From NCBI GenBank assembly GCA_049999805.1, contig JBNGIO010006380.1, positions 174,769-208,785 on the forward strand: a stretch of DNA of 34,017 nucleotides, in the 5' to 3' direction. Below, in pieces: positions 33,601-34,017 of this stretch. A program made the position numbers and the translations under genes. Position 1 is the first letter of the stretch. Each line of letters opens with the position of its first letter. A model generated the notes under the pieces. That model was not told where the DNA came from. It saw nothing but the letters and a program-made list of their open reading frames with translations, and made no database searches. The stretch comes from Folioceros fuciformis. Its lineage: Eukaryota.

Positions 33601-34017
33601 TTTCCCGCACCTTGAACCTAAACCCTAGTCAACCTAGACAAAGACGACGATTATCGCAATTGTCACGCACCACAGCATTCCCATATCGTGCACCCGAAAA
33701 CTCTTCACTTTTCATCACGTCCTGAACTCCAACTGGAGCAGGGTCCAGCACCACAGACAGGACCTGCAGAATATCGCCCTGCCCCATCCCTGAAACGCTT
33801 AGAAACAACCCTTAAGTACCCAATCCACTTTCCCCTTCCCAAAGCAAAAAAACAGTCAACCCTTACAGCAGCTCCCTCCAGCTCGATAGGACTGTAATAA
33901 CTTGCATCATGAAGAAGACCAAACTTCTTCGTCCACTTGATCACAGCTCTGGAACCTTTCCCTCTGCAGGATAGAAGGCAACAGTCAAAAAATTGCAACC
34001 ACTAGAGAGTCCAACAA
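30657..34017 (-). CDS. POP1: RNase P/MRP protein subunit POP1, multi-exon, 5' end outside the window
   Basis: LLHDASYYSPIELEG, GPVQYMW, RRLWIWVHPAA, RLEVLG, POPLD region WSIIMPISWVRAFWVPLVFAGGHVIGLRE, RPPGKR, REPIGFVTS. Last exon 30822-30657 reads AVAFCE..LLVRNPRSDVYRPA. Confidence 0.9.
31595..31917 (-). repeat. In-frame 165-bp (55-aa) tandem duplication within a POP1 exon
   Basis: ggcctgatcaggtgcctct at 31595 and 31760; tgtgcatatctg at 31741 and 31906. Confidence 0.95.

Noticed and set aside
33613-33640. Telomere-like AAACCCTA in a POP1 intron
   Set aside because: One copy plus degenerate neighbours; not an interstitial telomere, and no function can be supported.

Overview
Eukaryotic nuclear DNA from a gene-dense, short-intron (mostly ~80-150 nt, GT-AG) land plant. 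Compactness and gene content suggest a non-seed plant such as a hornwort (inference). In order: the 3' end of a sacsin-like RING gene; an intronless HSPA12-type atypical Hsp70; a ~10 kb island of decayed transposon DNA; ARID4-like; proline iminopeptidase; STR6-like rhodanese-FSH1; TMEM205-like; an unrecognised Pro-rich protein with three copies of a ~38-aa motif; OTU2/YOD1-like; DUF1295; and the 3' part of POP1. The island holds a degraded accessory ORF, a candidate LTR end with primer-binding site, and a Ty3/Gypsy pol (RT, RNase H, integrase). The most notable signal is a PHD finger at the integrase C-terminus, where plant chromoviruses carry a chromodomain; the ORF track misses it. Second is the repeat protein, whose two ORFs rejoin by adding one base to a G9 run. 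All family calls come from motif recognition by eye; no database searches were run.
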